This document shows positions 22,654 through 34,669 of a stretch of DNA of 64,000 bases, piece by piece; the first letter of the stretch is position 1, and each line of letters opens with the position of its first letter. This stretch comes from Ranitomeya imitator. Lineage: Eukaryota. The position numbers and the translations under genes were made by a program. The DNA lies in assembly GCF_032444005.1 (NCBI RefSeq), contig NC_091289.1:205034001-205098000 (forward strand), in the 5' to 3' direction. The notes beneath the pieces are model-generated. The model had not been told where the DNA came from and made no database searches. It saw nothing but the letters and a program-made list of their open reading frames with translations.

Positions 22654-24045
22654 GTGTCTGCCATCTCCCCTGATTTGCGGCGGGTGCTGCAAAAATTTCA
22701 GGCTAATAAACCTGATCGTTGCCCAGCAGAGAAACGGTTTGTCCCTGATAGGTGGACGAATAAAGTTATCTCTGAGGTTCATTGTTCGGTGTTGGCTGGT
22801 CATCCTGGAATCTTTGGTACCAGAGATTTGGTGGCTAGATCCTTTTGGTGGCCGTCTCTGTCGCGGGATGTGCGTTCTTTTGTGCAGTCCTGTGGGATTT
22901 GTGCTCGGGCTAAGCCCTGCTGTTCTCGTGCCGGTGGGTTGCTTTTGCCCTTGCCGATCCCGAAGAGGCCTTGGACACATATCTCTATGGATTTTATTTC
23001 GGATCTCCCCGTCTCTCAAAAAATGTCGGTCATTTGGGTAGTTTGTGATCGCTTCTCTAAGATGATCCATTTGGTACCCTTGTCTAAATTACCTTCCTCC
23101 TCTGATTTGGTGCCATTGATCTTCCAGCATGTGGTTCGTTTACATGGCATTCCAGAGAACATCGTTTCTGACAGAGGTTCCCAGTTTGTTTCGAGGTTTT
23201 GGCGAGCCTTTTGTGCTAGGATGGGCATTGATTTGTCTTTTTCCTCGGCTTTCCATCCTCAGACTAATGGCCAGACTGAACGAACCAATCAGACCTTGGA
23301 AACATATCTGAGATGTTTTGTTTCTGCTGATCAGGATGATTGGGTGTCCTTTTTGCCGTTGGCTGAGTTCGCTCTTAATAATCGGGCCAGCTCGGCTACC
23401 TTGGTTTCACCGTTTTTCTGCAATTCTGGGTTCCATCCTTGTTTCTCTTCAGGGCAGGTTGAGTCTTCGGACTGTCCTGGTGTGGATACTGTGGTGGACA
23501 GGTTGCAGCGGATTTGGACTCATGTAGTGGACAATTTGACCTTGTCCCAGGAGAAGGCTCAACGTTTCGCTAATCGCAGGCGCTGTGTGGGTCCCCGACT
23601 TCGTGTTGGGGATTTGGTTTGGTTGTCATCTCGTTATATTCCTATGAAGGTTTCCTTTCCTAAGTTTAAGCCTCGTTTCTGAGGTTCTTAATCCTGTGTC
23701 TTTTCGTTTGACCCTTCCAGATTCTTTTTCCATCCATAACGTATTCCATAGGTCATTGTTGCGGAGATACGTGGCGCCTGTGGTTCCATCTGTTGATCCT
23801 CCTGCCCCGGTTTTGGTGGAGGGGGAGTTGGAGTATATAGTGGAGAAGATTTTGGATTCTCGTGTTTCGAGACGGAAACTCCAGTATCTGGTTAAGTGGA
23901 AGGGTTATGGTCAGGAAGATAATTCCTGGGTCTTTGCCTCTGATGTCCATGCTGCCGATCTTGTTCGTGCCTTTCATATGGCTCATCCTGGTCGGCCTGG
24001 GGGCTCTAGTGAGGGTTCGGTGACCCCTCCTCAAGGGGGGGGTAC
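22654..24045 (+). pseudogene. pol: Integrase + chromodomain (frameshift near 23680)
   Basis: H..GHPG...CGIC zinc finger; ISMDFI, SDRG, HPQTNGQTER; chromodomain EYIVEKILDSR...YLVKWKGYGQEDNSW in the next frame. Confidence 0.9.
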
Positions 24046-25308
24046 TGTTGTGAATTCTGTGATCAAGCTCCCTCCTGGAGTCACGAGTGGTACTGCGGCT
24101 TCTGAGTTTCCTTCCTCAGGTGATGAGGTTAAGTCGTTAGGTGCTGCTCTATTTAACTCCACCTAATGCTTTGATCCTGGCCTCCAGTCAATGTTCTAGT
24201 ATTGGTCTTGCTTCCTCCTGGATCGTTCCTGTGGCCTGTCTGCTCAGCATAAGGTAAGTTCTGCTTGTGTTACTTTTGTTGCTATTTTTTCTGTCCAGCT
24301 TGCTTTTTTGGTTTTGCTTGCTTGCTGGAAGCTCTGAGACGCAGAGGGAGCACCTCCGTACCGTTAGTCGGTGCGGAGGGTCTTTTTGCCCCTCTGCGTG
24401 GTTGTTATCCTCGGTCTATTCAGTAAGTCAGGCCTCACTTTGCTAAATCTATTTCATCTCTGTGTTTGTATTTTCATCTTAACTCACAGTCATTATATGT
24501 GGGGGGCTGCCTTTTCCTTTGGGGAATTTCTCTGAGGCAAGGTAGGCTTATTTTTCTATCTTCAGGACTAGCTAGTTTCTCAGGCTGTGCCGAGTTGCAT
24601 AGGGAGCGTTAGGCGCAATCCACGGCTACCTCTAGTGTGGTTTGATAGGTTTAGGGATTGCGGTCAGCAGAGTTTCCACGTCTCAGAGCTCGTCCTATGT
24701 TTTGTGGTTTTTGTCAGGTCACTTGTGTGCTCTGAACTTCAAGGTCCATTGTGGTTCTGAATTATCTATTCATAACAGGTATCAGGTGAAGGACACATAT
24801 GGCAGCAGCGGCTCAGTATTGGGGTATCAGGTGTAGGACACATATAGCAGCAGTGGCTCAGTATTGGGGTATCAGGTGTAGGACACATATGGCAGCAGCG
24901 GCTCAGTATTGGGGTATCAGGTGTAGGACACATATAGCAGCAATGGCTCAGTATTGGGGTATCAGGTGTAGGACACATATGGCAGCAGCAGCTCAGTATT
25001 GGGGTATCAGGTGTAGGACACATGTGGCAGCAGCGGATCAGTATTGGGGTATCAGGTGCTGTAGGAAACATATGGCAGCAGAGGCTCAGTATTGGGGTAT
25101 CAGGTGTAGGACACATATGGCAGCAGCAGCTCAGTATTGAGGTATCAGGTGAAGGACACATATGGCAGCAGCGGCTCAGTATTGGGGTATCAGCAGGATG
25201 AGTAATTTCCACAGGTTGGGCATAGATATGGACAGTGCAGGAAATGTGAGAAGTCAGATGTGTTGTAATCTCTGCAGATGAGTCCTGGCAGGAAAAGTCG
25301 ACGTGTAA

Positions 25309-26026
25309 AGGTACCGTCACATTTAGCGACGCTGCAGCGATCTAGACAACGATCCCGATCGCTGCAGCGTCGCTGTGTGGTCGCTGGAGACAGACAGCTC
25401 TCCAGCGACCAACTATGAGAAGTCCCCTGGTAACCAGGGTAAACATCGGGTTACTAAGCGCAGGGCCGCGCTTAGTAACCCGATGTTTACCCTGGTTACC
25501 AGCGTAAACGTGAAAAACAAACAAACACTACATACTAACATTCCGGTGTCTGTCCCCCGGCGCTGTGCTTTCCTGCACTGTCAGCGCCGGCCAGCCGTAA
25601 AGCAGAGCGGTGACGTCATCACTCTGCTTTACGGCCAGCCGGCGCTCACAGCCAGTGCAGGAAAGCACAGCGCCGGAGGACAGACACCGGAATGTAAGTA
25701 TGTAGTGTTTGTTTTTTTTTACGTTTACTCTGGTAACCAGGGTAAACATCGGGTTACTAAGTGCGGCCCTGCGCTTAGTAAGCCGATGTTTACCCTGGTT
25801 ACCAGTGAAGACATCGCTGGATCAGCGTCACACACGTCGATTCAGCGATGTCTGCAGGAGATCCACGACGAAATAAAGTTCTGGCCTTTCTGCTCCGACC
25901 AACGACATCACAGCAGGGGCCTGATCGCTGCTGCGTGTCACACTGGACGATATCGCTAGCCAGGACGCTGCAACGTCACGGATCGCTAGCGATATCGTTG
26001 TTAAGTTGGTCAGTGTGGCGGTACCT
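25309..26026. mobile_element. PIF/Harbinger-type MITE
   Basis: TIRs aggtaccgtcac / gtggcggtacct; TAA and TTA flanks; long internal palindromes; same family as 3400-4019. Confidence 0.85.
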
Positions 26027-28612
26027 TTAGTCTGGGCCAGATGGAAAAGACAGGAAAAGTAAACGACTCCATAAGAAGGAACGTCAGCTGTAAGTCACCA
26101 TCAATAACTGTACTGTGACCTCTTATATGGTTTGCAGGACTTGTATCCACCAATACATGGTCCTCATACAGTAATATCAGTGTTGGTTTTTGTATATAGA
26201 TGTATTTTCAGTCCCAGCGTGGTCATCTGCTGATGTTCCCCTATACTTACAAATAGGGTGCCCTAAGTAGCTGCAGTCAGGATTACCTGGTTGGGGGCGC
26301 ACTCAGATTTTTTGCCCCCCTCCCCCCCCCACTGAAACCCTAGCTACGCCTCTGATTACACCCTATACATAACATAAAGATTACAGATAAGACACGCTGC
26401 ACATTGCACTCCCCTATGTGGATGTTTGGCAGCAGCTTTTGCAGTGTGCAGTGCGGCGCCCTCCCCCTGTATCTGGCCAAGGACACAGGAGGCCAGGGGA
26501 AATGGCACCCGGCACCTGCCTGCACCTGCCCAGTGAGTTGATCTCTCCCTGCGGTGCCCTCCTTTGATGTCTGGTGACTGGTGCCCTGTGTGACCACACT
26601 GGCTGCATATAGAGAAGGCTGGCCATGGGTGTGAGGGGTTACATGGTGGAAATTGCTCCCCATCGTGGGCACTTAATGTTAGCAATAATGATCCTTTGAT
26701 CCCTTCTGATTTGCTGCCCCTGACACACGTACTGACCAATAAGACGCGGCCCAGATGCTGACCACCCACTTGCCACACTCTCCTTTTCTGAGTCATTATT
26801 CTAATAGTATGTAGTAACTGGAGACTACGCCTGACATCCAGGACAACTCCCACAATGATGCAGGACTGGACCTCTGTACATTGTGTATGACCCACTTATG
26901 GATAGAGAAGAGTCACGTTCTTGGCCTCTAATTAGGTCTTTGAGTACTTCAATATTAAGTCTGAGTGCGGCCTCCTGGGTGTTCATGGGTTACATGGTCC
27001 ATTTTCCTTATGACCAGTTCAGATGCCTATATTATTACTTTGCAACAACTACACCTGCCATGAGCAACATGATAAACTGATCCCATTTATCTGGGACTTC
27101 TGTGGGTGCAGTGGTGGGCAGCAGAAATAATCACAATGTCCTGCTTGTCCCCTGCCGCAAGAGCTGCAAGGAAACATCTCCTAGTGAAGGACAAGTGAGG
27201 CGGCTGCTGTCCTCATCTTACACCCAAGGAGTAACGTACCTGGGAAACCTCATCCCTGGAGTATGGCGGTCTACTCAGCCTCTGTGCCCTCCTGACAGAT
27301 CATTACATTTACATCAAGAACCTCCTCCAATGTCAATGTCTCATTTCACCTGGAAATACAGAATGTGCTGGAATCATCATTGTATTCCTGGAGCTTCAAA
27401 TGAACCGTATAATAGCAAGGCCAAGAAAATGATTACAGCCATTAAAAGTTATCAGCCAAAGAATATGCAAAACAAATAGAATTGTGACCCCATCCCGGAG
27501 GATTCCTGATGTCAGACTATCAGTCTTGTGAAGGGGAAGAGCGATTTCTGTCAGACACACAGATCTCATGGATCGGGAGGCAGGAACGCAGCCTAGGCCG
27601 ACGTGTGATCCTCATCACTTCTCTGTCTTTCTGCCTCACAAGCAACTTGTCAGAATCAAGAGCTCTGCTCGGAGCAACGGGTTAATCTGCTGATATAAAT
27701 TCCATTTTATTATTAGATTATAAGATTGTAAAAGGTCCAGGGAAGACCATGTCAATGACTAAGGATCACAATGGGGACATAAAGTAAGAGGTCATGACTC
27801 CAACTGTATGAGTAAGCAGCACAACCTTAAAGATAAGGCCCCAAAATGAATTCTTTCCCCACCTCTTACCTAAAATAAAGCACCACTGCATGATGTTGGA
27901 TGTAAAACAGCCACAGCATTAATTAAAATAACAACAACAAATAACATCAAAATCCCAATAATAAATAGTAGAACCCCCTAAGGAAGGAGGGGGACGTGAA
28001 TGAAAGTTCCAATTTTCCATATTCCAACAACAGCTCCTCCACATCGGCTCGAGGCCACTCTGCTGCATGTTGACCACACCAGATGTCCCACTGAGACCAA
28101 AGCCCAGTAGGGACCCACTTAAAACATTAGCAATGACATTGCTCCACATGGGGTCACCTGTCCCAGTCCGGGGTTCTCCCCCATCCTTCTGTGCAATCCA
28201 CCATCTTCCAAGCCCCCCCTCTGTTTCCACCACAGCAAGCAGGCAAGACTCCGTATGCATGCATAAGAGTTTCCTAACACACAGATTGACCATCCGCTGA
28301 AAAGTGGCAGGGGCTTACTTCATGCCAAATGGCATCACTGTAGACTTGTACAGTCCATGCCTTGCAGGTCAGGGGAATCTGCTAATATTCCCGTCTTAGA
28401 TCAATGATGGTCAGTTATTTGGCCTCGGCCAACTGATCAAGCAGGTCATCGATGAGTGACATTGGGTGATTGTGACAGCTTTGAGCCCCCTGTAGTCGAT
28501 GTGAGCAGGGTTGTCCAGTCCTTCTTTTGAAAGAGGACTACTTGCAAGGCCCAAGCTCTGCTGGATGGTTGGATGACCCCAAGCTTCAGCATCTCATCAA
28601 ACTCCTGGTGTA

Positions 28613-31600
28613 CAGTTGTGCTCAAAAGTTTACATATCCCGGCAGAATTTTTACTTTCTTGACCTTTTTTCAGAGAATGTGAATGATAACACCAAAACTT
28701 TTTCTCCACTCATGTTTACTGGTTGGGTGAAGCCATTTATTGTCAAACTACTGTGTTTTTCTCTCTTTAAATCATAATGACAACCCTAAACATCCAAATG
28801 ACCCTGATCAAAAGTTTACATACCCTGGTGATTTGGGCCTGATAACATGCACAGAAGGTAACATTCTCACCTGTGACCTGTTTGCTTGTAATCAGTGTGT
28901 GTGCATAAAAGCTGAGCGAGTTTCTTGGATCCAGACAGACTCAGGCATCCTTCATCCAGCCACTGATGTTTCTGGATTGTGAGTCATGGGGAAAGCAAAA
29001 GAAATGTCAACTGATCTACGGGAAATGGTAGTTGAGCTGTATAAAACAGGAAAGGGACACAAAAAGATACCCAAGGAGTTGATAATGCACTGGCATTCAG
29101 CGTTCAAACTGTGATTAACAAATGAAAAATCAGGGGCTCTGTAAAAATAAAACCACTGTCAGGTAGCTCAACAAAAATATTGTCCACAAATGCCATAAAA
29201 TTTGTTCGGGATGCAAAGAAAAACCCACAAATAACATCAGCTGAAATACTAGACTCTCTGAAAACTAGCAGTCTGAATGCTTCAAGATGCACAATAAGGA
29301 GGCACTTGAAGAAAAATGGGCTGCATGGTCGAGTCACCAGAAGAAAGCCATTACTTTGCAAATTCCACATAGTATCTTGCCTACAATACGCAAAGCATCA
29401 CAGAGACAAGCCTCAAAACTTCTGGAACAAGGTAATTTGGAGTTAAGAGACCAAAATTTACCTTTTTGGCCACAAACATAAACGTTATATTTGGAGAGAG
29501 ATCAACAAGGCCTATGATGAAAGGAACACCATTCCTACTATATGATAAAGAGATGTGTCGGGAGCACAACCAATATATTAAATATATCCACTAGGGTGCT
29601 ACACAATGCATGGAGAATGCAAATACTGAACCAAAAAAGAAAAAGACACTGCATAAATGTGTGCACACCTATGTATCACAAAATGAGTAACAACTTTATT
29701 ATAATACAAAAAAGCATACAAAATATAAAAACATTAAAAACATATCCCATAAGGATCAGAAAACAAACACACCATTCTCCTGTTGTAAAAATACACCAAA
29801 GAACCACAGCCCAAATAGATGGAAAATGCTCATATATTCATATGTATAAATGTATAGATAAACATGAATACAATCATATAAATATATAAGGGCCGAACAT
29901 TTATGACCTAGATAAATATAACCACACAGATCCCGATAACATATGGGCGTCCCCAAAGTTATCAAACCCTGAGCCAAACCCAACCATGTAAAATAATCAC
30001 TATGTGCATGAAACCCAGTGACTAGAGCTAAATATCTATCACAAGGGAAACAAGGGGCCAAAAAAGTATAAAGGCTGAATCAGCAAGGGGGCACATCAAA
30101 GCAAGCCACTATGGATATGTGCACAAAACCCCAGCCACAAAATAAAAAGGCTGAGAACAAGGCTGGAAACTAGCACAGCCAGAAAATGCAATAAGAGCTA
30201 TATAGCTGTCTCACAACAATAAAGAAAGAGCCACAAAGAAATAATTACACATCTGTGGCTGCCATGAAGAGGACCACAATGCTGACGAAGCTGCCCAGCG
30301 CAGCGATACGCGTGGGATTCTCCCACACCTTCTCCTTTACTGCCCACAGATTCGCCAGCATTGTGGTCCTCTTCATGGCAGCCACAGATGTGTAATTATT
30401 TCTTTGTGGCTCTTTCTTTATTGTTGTGAGACAGCTATATAGCTCTTATTGCATTTTCTGGCTGTGCTAGTTTCCAGCCTTGTTCTCAGCCTTTTTATTT
30501 TGTGGCTGGGGTTTTGTGCACATATCCATAGTGGCTTGCTTTGATGTGCCCCCTTGCTGATTCAGCCTTTATACTTTTTTGGCCCCTTGTTTCCCTTGTG
30601 ATAGATATTTAGCTCTAGTCACTGGGTTTCATGCACATAGTGATTATTTTACATGGTTGGGTTTGGCTCAGGGTTTGATAACTTTGGGGACGCCCATATG
30701 TTATCGGGATCTGTGTGGTTATATTTATCTAGGTCATAAATGTTCGGCCCTTATATATTTATATGATTGTATTCATGTTTATCTATACATTTATACATAT
30801 GAATATATGAGCATTTTCCATCTATTTGGGCTGTGGTTCTTTGGTGTATTTTTACAACAGGAGAATGGTGTGTTTGTTTTCTGATCCTTATGGGATATGT
30901 TTTTAATGTTTTTATATTTTGTATGCTTTTTTGTCTTATAATAAAGTTGTTACTCATTTTGTGATACATAGGTGTGCACACATTTATGCAGTGTCTTTTT
31001 CTTTTTTGGTTCAGCATTCCTACTATATAGCACAGAGGTGGATCGCTGATGTTTTGGGGATGTGTGAGCTACAAATGCACTGGAAACTTGGTCAAAGTTG
31101 AAGGAAAGATGAATGCAGCACATTATCAGCAAATTCTGGAGGCAAATTTGCAATCATCAGCCCAGAAGCTGCGCATTGGAGGTACTTGGACATTCCAACA
31201 TGACAACTATCCAAAACACAAGGCCAAGTCGACATGTCATTGGCTACAGCAGAACAAAGTGAAGGTTCTGGAGTGGCCATCTCAGTCTCCTGACCTTAAT
31301 ATCATTGAGCCACTCTGGGGAGATCTCAAGCGCGCAGTTCATGGTAGACAGCCCAGGAATTTACAGGAACTGGAGGCTTTTGCCAAGAAGAGCGGGCAGC
31401 TTTACCATCTGCAAAATAAAGAACCTCATACACAACTACCACAAAAGACTTCAAGCTGTCATTGATGTTAGAGGGGGCAATACACGGTATTAAGAAATGG
31501 GGTATGTGAACATTTGATCAGGGAAATTTGGATGTTTTGGGTTGTCATTATGATTTTAAAAGAAAAAACATAGTAGTTTGACAATAAATGGCTTCACCCA

Positions 31601-31711
31601 ACCAGTAACCATGAGTGGAGAAAAAGTTTTGATGTTATCATTCATATTCTCTGAAAAAAGGCCAAGAAAGCAAAAATTCTGCCAGGATATGTAAACTTTT
31701 GAGCACAACTG
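28613..31711 (+). mobile_element. Tc1-type DNA transposon (IR/DR class, ~1.6 kb once the internal insertion is removed)
   Basis: TIRs cagttgtgctcaaaagtttacata / tatgtaaacttttgagcacaactg; TA TSD; decayed transposase from ATG 28986 to ~31493 ([25 protein letters not shown]). Confidence 0.95.
29544..31014. mobile_element. Palindromic Penelope-like insertion with a central hammerhead-like motif
   Basis: Arms 29626-30289 and 30351-31014 (about 664 bp each, near-identical); 14-bp TSD cattcctactatat (29530-29543, 31015-31028); CTGACGA-aGCTGcccagcgCAGC-GATAC-GCGT at 30282-30312. Confidence 0.8.
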
Positions 31712-33001
31712 TATGTGCTGCTGTGCCTTAAGGGAGATCCAATATGCTGAAAGCCGGATTGGGGGTGATCTTCGGTATCCACGTGATTGACGGCTGACTC
31801 TGTCCTTCTGGGCTTATTGCTGAACAAATGCTGGAAGGGGTGTAGGGTTGCTCACAGCTGGGACCATTAGTCTGACAAAAGCTGGTTGAAAACCTCCTCA
31901 TCTTCCATGGTCCCATCTGCCCTAGTCTAACTGAGTATATCTGGGAGGGTCTCTGCCTCTCCTTCTGCAGGTTGCAGATGGGGAGGGTGCAGGCCTCCTG
32001 CTCATGATATGCCTTCATCATGCTCAATTGAAAGGCCTTCCCCCTTCCCAGGTGTGGTCCAGTGTGACCAGGTACATTATGGCGTTGAGCTGCTGGTGCA
32101 AGAGTTACGGGCCTTCCCAGGCCACCTAAAGCTTGTCCAGAGATATGGGAAACAGTATCCACGCCTTTTGACCCACCTGATAGGCCCTCTCAAAAGTATT
32201 CTGGTCATACCATTGCTTCTTGTTAGGCCTGGGCTCGTGTTATATTATCGTGCACCACCTGCACCAAGGCCTGCATCTTGTCACGGAAGCGCACAACATA
32301 CTCAATGACAGAAACTCCAGGGGTGGCCAAGTCTCTTTCCCAGACGTCTTTCACCAGAGCCAGGGGCCACACATATGTTGCCCATACAGGAGCTCAAAGG
32401 GGGAGAACCCAGTTTAGGCCTGTGGAGCCAGAAGGCAAATAGCTGATGTGAGAGGTACCGCTCCCAGTTGCACCTATGGGAGTAAACCAACATCTTAAGC
32501 ATCTCCTTAAGGGCACCATTAAACTGTTCATGTAGTCCATTGGTCTGTGGGTGGTACAGGCTGTTCACCAGATGTTGCACCTGTATCTGCTTACAGAGGA
32601 ACTCCATCAGCTACGACATGAATTGGGTACCCCAGTCGATGAACATTTCCTAGGGAAAACCCACTAGGGAGAAAATGTACAGTAAGGCCTTGTCAACTAC
32701 CTTGTCAGCCTGAATGGACGACAAGGTTACCGCTTTTGGGTACTGGGTGGCATAGTCTACTACCGTCAGTACGTAGTGTTACCGGGAGCTGCTGGGAGTG
32801 GCAATCGTGCCAAGCAAATCTACAGCCAACCTTCTGAAAGGCTCTTGAATGATGGGCAGAGTTACCAGTGGGGGTTTGGAGAGCCACCCACCTTCTCCAC
32901 CCTCTGACAGGTGTCGCAAGAGCGACAGTAGACAACCACATAGGCCACCATCGTTGTCTAGTTAGTACAAATGCTGGGCTAGCCTGGCCTTTGTCTTAGT
33001 G

Positions 33002-33253
33002 ATTATTATTATTATTTATTATTATAGCGCCATTTATTCCATGGCGCTTTACATGTGAGGAAGGGTATACATAATAAAAACAGGTACAATAATCTTGAAC
33101 AATACAAGTCATAACTAATACAGGAGGAGAGAGGACCCTGCCCGCGAGGGCTCACAGTCTACAAGGGATGGGTGAGGATACAGTAGGTGAGGATAGAGCT
33201 GGTCGTGCAGTGGTTTGGTCGATCGGTGGTTACTGCAGGTTGTAGGCTTGCCG
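33002..33253 (-). mobile_element. L2-type LINE 3' end
   Basis: (taa)n tail and cttgtagactgtgagccctcgcgggcagggtcc 3' motif on the minus strand; inserted in Gmr1 integrase. Confidence 0.75.
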
Positions 33254-34669
33254 GTGATCTCTAGATATTCAGCCATTGGAATCTTGTGTGCAATCCGCAA
33301 CAATTCCATCCTGAACAGGTAGAGTACCACCAATTATTGGTCCCGAGGCCATGACTCCAGCAAACCCTGCTGGACCATTACCCGGTACAGCCGTCCTTGG
33401 TCCCAGACTACCCGCTCGAGGTGTAAGTCAGAGGAAGGCTGTGCCACCTGCTCCTTAAGAGCTTTCAGGCTGTTGTCAGATTCCAATGCCATCTGAAACC
33501 CCTATTTGGACGTGGTCAGAAAAGACAAGACCACCACGTCTTCTGTCAGTTCCCCTGGACCTGCCTCCTGGCCTCCGTCTGACCCAGCAGCCGCTTGGTT
33601 GGAAAGCCCTGACATTACCACTGCACTTGACAGCGGCAACGGCTGCAGCAACCGTGGGTAGTGCCCGCTTCTCTTCTGCTTCTGACCAAGTCACCGGTCC
33701 AGACTGAGTTTCTTGGCCCTTTGACATCTTGGCTTTGGAAGATCCCAGCAATGAGGCCTTACCTTTGAATGCTATCTCCCCCGGGACAATCCTGCCCTCA
33801 ATTGCATGCTCCCTCTCTACAGCTGTCTGCCCTGTGTCTGTCTCTCTCGTGAAAACCTTACAGGACAACTGGTTCCATCATTCTGGCTGACCACACTCTA
33901 AGTATTATTGCAGCTTGCTTGATTGATCCCCCCCCCCCCCCCCGTTGATAGGGACAACAGTACATCAACAACACCCATATCCCCATCAACAGACATGTTA
34001 ATGACATTGACATCAAGATGGGTGGACATTACATTGGTGTCTGAAGGATCAGGCCTTAAGGGTTCAGTGGCCATATACTGGGACACTCACAGCCTAAAGT
34101 CCATCCCAAGCCAAACACTCGCCGGAATATTCGAGGTTACCCACACCTCCCGCACTCCCCTCCTGGTGACCCAGTAAATATACATCTAAGCGATTGGCAG
34201 CTCCCGTTCAACACCTCCAATCCCAGATATGGCAAGAGTTTTCCCAGGTATCAAGTTTTTTGGGGACACCAGCTCAGGCTGCACAAGAGTCATCTCAGCG
34301 CCTGTGTCACATGGCCATGGCATAGCCTATAACAGTGGTGGCGAACCAATAGCATGCATGACAGGGAGGGCATGTAGAGCCCTCTGGTGGGCACGCGTGC
34401 CATCTCCTCAGCACTAGTGCTGCCACCACTCTCTTCAGCCCGCTCACCATCTCCCTCATTACTAGTGCTGCAACTACTCTCGTCTGCACCAGCATGCTCC
34501 CATCAGTCTGCTCACATGATGAGGAGGGCGAGGGTGGCAACACCAGTAATGTGGGGGATAGTGCATCCGCTGAGAAGAATGGAGGTGTGCCCACAGGTAG
34601 GACTGTGATATATGAAGAGACTAGATCAGCATTGGAATGGGCAGACGTGAGTAGCTTTTTAAAAAAAAT

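Larger units (their letters stand above)
19102..24777 (+). mobile_element. Full-length chromoviral Ty3/Gypsy (Tf1/sushi-like) LTR retrotransposon
   Basis: 5' LTR 19102-19869 and 3' LTR 24046-24777 (TGTTG...TAACA, highly similar); PPT aaggggggggtac before 24046; TSD ggtatc. Confidence 0.95.
17865..25190. repeat. 45-bp minisatellite (aggtgtaggacacatatggcagcagcggctcagtattggggtatc)n, split by a Gypsy element at 19102-24777
   Basis: Tandem units visible on both sides of the insertion; lies in a non-autonomous DNA element ending tagctacgcctctg at 26354. Confidence 0.9.

Noticed and set aside
22165-23070. 301-aa minus-strand ORF within the Gypsy element
   Set aside because: Antisense to pol with no recognisable motif; most likely a shadow ORF.
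29756-30884. Identical 101-aa ORFs on opposite strands
   Set aside because: A consequence of the palindrome; low-complexity and no evidence of coding.
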